Positions 62,644 through 64,000 of a stretch of 64,000 bases of DNA are shown piece after piece. Position 1 is the stretch's first letter. Each line of letters opens with the position of its first letter. The notes beneath the pieces are model-generated. The model did not search any database. It worked only from the letters and a program-made list of their open reading frames with translations, and was not told the DNA's origin. Position numbers and translations under genes: made by a program. Source of the DNA: an uncultured Pseudobdellovibrionaceae bacterium (lineage in GTDB: Bacteria; Pseudomonadota; Alphaproteobacteria; Micavibrionales; Micavibrionaceae); contig CAZCIB010000005.1 in the NCBI GenBank assembly GCA_964498755.1, forward strand, positions 4,560-68,559, in the 5' to 3' direction.

Positions 62644-63912
62644 CTACAGCCAGTCCGGAATGACATCCTGTTCTATTAATTCCATTATATCCTGCCTTGG
62701 CCGGATAACCGCAAACTTGTCTCCGCTCACAAGGATTTCCGGCGGCATGGGGCGGGTATTGTAGTTCGAGCTCATGACTGCGCCATATGCGCCGGCCGAG
62801 CGGATCGCAAGCAAATCGCCTGCTTTCAATTCCGGCATAGGCCTCTGAACCGCAAAAGTATCCGCTGTTTCGCAAACCGGGCCAACAATGTCATAAGGCT
62901 GAGCATCCGTTTTGCTTTCCGTGACGGGAATAATTGTATGCCAGGCGTCATAAAGCGCGGGCCGGATCAGATCATTCATGCCCGCGTCCACGACGGCGAA
63001 TTTGCGGCCTGCGCTCTCCTTGATATAGAGAACTTCGGTCAAAAGGATCCCCGCATTGCCGGTCAGAAAGCGCCCGGGCTCAATGACGAGCGGTATATCG
63101 AGAGGCCCCAGAACCTCGCTTATTGCGTTGACGTACTCTTGTATGTTGAGCGGATTTTCCGCGCTGTCCCTGTAGACAATGCCCAGTCCGCCGCCGATAT
63201 CCAGCGTTTTGATGGGCAGGCCATCCCGCTTCAGCCCCAGCGCCAGATCAGCTAGCTTTTCGAACGCGGTCCGGAAATGTTCGGCCTTCAGAACCTGTGA
63301 GCCGATATGAACGTGAATGCCCTGTATATCAAGATGCGCACTATTCGCCGCCTCTTTATACAGCCGTTCAACATCGCTGCGGAGCATGCCGAATTTGTCC
63401 TGCGCGCGCCCGGTTGTGATTTTATTATTGGTTTCCGCGTCCACGTCAGGATTGAGCCGCAAGGCGACGGGGGCTTTTAAATTCAGCTCTTCAGCAATAT
63501 CCTCTATGCGGCGCAGTTCCTGTTCCGACTCGACATTGATCTGGCGCACGTTATTCCGAAGCGCAAGCCTGATTTCATCCCGGCTCTTGCTGACGCCGGA
63601 AAAAACAATTTTCTCCGCCGGTATGCCGGCTTTAATACAGCGCAAGAGCTCCCCGCCGGAAACGATGTCTGCGCCCGCGCCCAGATTCGCCATGATTTTT
63701 AGGATAGCCTGGTTACTGTTGGCCTTGCATGCGTATGCAATCACAACATCCTGTTTCACTGTGTTCTTCAGCGTAGCGTCAAGCAGTTCAAACTGCGCCA
63801 TTATATGCGCCGCCGAATAAACATAAGCCGGCGTGCCGGTTTCGCTGACAGCGGACAAGAGATTTTGATCCTCGCAGTGAAGCAGCGCGTCCTTAAAGTT
63901 GAAAAAGCTCAT
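62644..63912 (-). CDS. lysA: Diaminopimelate decarboxylase
   Basis: 422 aa with YACKANSNQAIL (PLP Lys), DIGGGLG and ...GPVCETAD... Confidence 0.95.
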   Translation of the reverse strand: MSFFNFKDALLHCEDQNLLSAVSETGTPAYVYSAAHIMAQFELLDATLKNTVKQDVVIAYACKANSNQAILKIMANLGAGADIVSGGELLRCIKAGIPAEKIVFSGVSKSRDEIRLALRNNVRQINVESEQELRRIEDIAEELNLKAPVALRLNPDVDAETNNKITTGRAQDKFGMLRSDVERLYKEAANSAHLDIQGIHVHIGSQVLKAEHFRTAFEKLADLALGLKRDGLPIKTLDIGGGLGIVYRDSAENPLNIQEYVNAISEVLGPLDIPLVIEPGRFLTGNAGILLTEVLYIKESAGRKFAVVDAGMNDLIRPALYDAWHTIIPVTESKTDAQPYDIVGPVCETADTFAVQRPMPELKAGDLLAIRSAGAYGAVMSSNYNTRPMPPEILVSGDKFAVIRPRQDIMELIEQDVIPDWL

Positions 63913-63918
63913 GGAAAT

Positions 63919-64000
63919 TTACTCGTAAGGATTGTCTTTAAAATCGGAGCTGCCGCTATCTGCGCCGTTCTCTTGCGGATAGGTACGGGGAAACGGCTTG
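63919..64000 (-). CDS. 3' end of an unidentified ORF upstream of lysA (partial, runs off the right edge)
   Basis: Minus-strand frame is open from the window edge to TAA at 63921-63919 (...PFPRTYPQENGADSGSSDFKDNPYE*). A small lipoprotein often precedes lysA, but the N-terminus is not visible here. Confidence 0.3.
   Translation of the reverse strand, partial: KPFPRTYPQENGADSGSSDFKDNPYE

Overview
The window looks like a densely packed core-chromosome segment of an alphaproteobacterium-type genome. This is judged from synteny and family content: ffh-rpsP-rimM, dapF-mtaB-ftsY, cobT/cobS-J-domain-bolA, accA-xerD...aroK-aroB, secA-ppiC-mutT, chorismate mutase-tyrC, ftsEX, and a TIGR02302-like gene next to lysA. 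I support about 62 protein-coding genes, almost all housekeeping. I found no rRNA, tRNA, CRISPR array, transposase, phage block or recognisable multi-gene defence island. The only accessory cargo is two vapBC toxin-antitoxin pairs, one truncated phd-like antitoxin, one nuclease-family gene remnant and one gene interrupted by an in-frame TAG. The unusual content is non-coding. Most long intergenic spacers (roughly over 200 bp) carry nested palindromic repeats of three related kinds. (A) REPIN-like doublets of GTCAYCCCGGC...GCCGGGATCC hairpins. (B) A ~120-150 bp nested palindrome bounded by CCCTCACC/GGTGAGGG words. (C) Multi-tier palindromes whose arms are 3-4 tandem 7-9-nt words, where the word changes from locus to locus but the layout is kept. 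Three copies sit inside essential genes without breaking the reading frame: family B in dapF and mtaB, and family A in hisS. This resembles the behaviour described for Rickettsia palindromic elements. I consider that repeat system the most noteworthy feature here. I cannot say from sequence alone whether it is already described for this lineage. All protein calls rest on my reading of the supplied translations (motifs and synteny), not on database searches.
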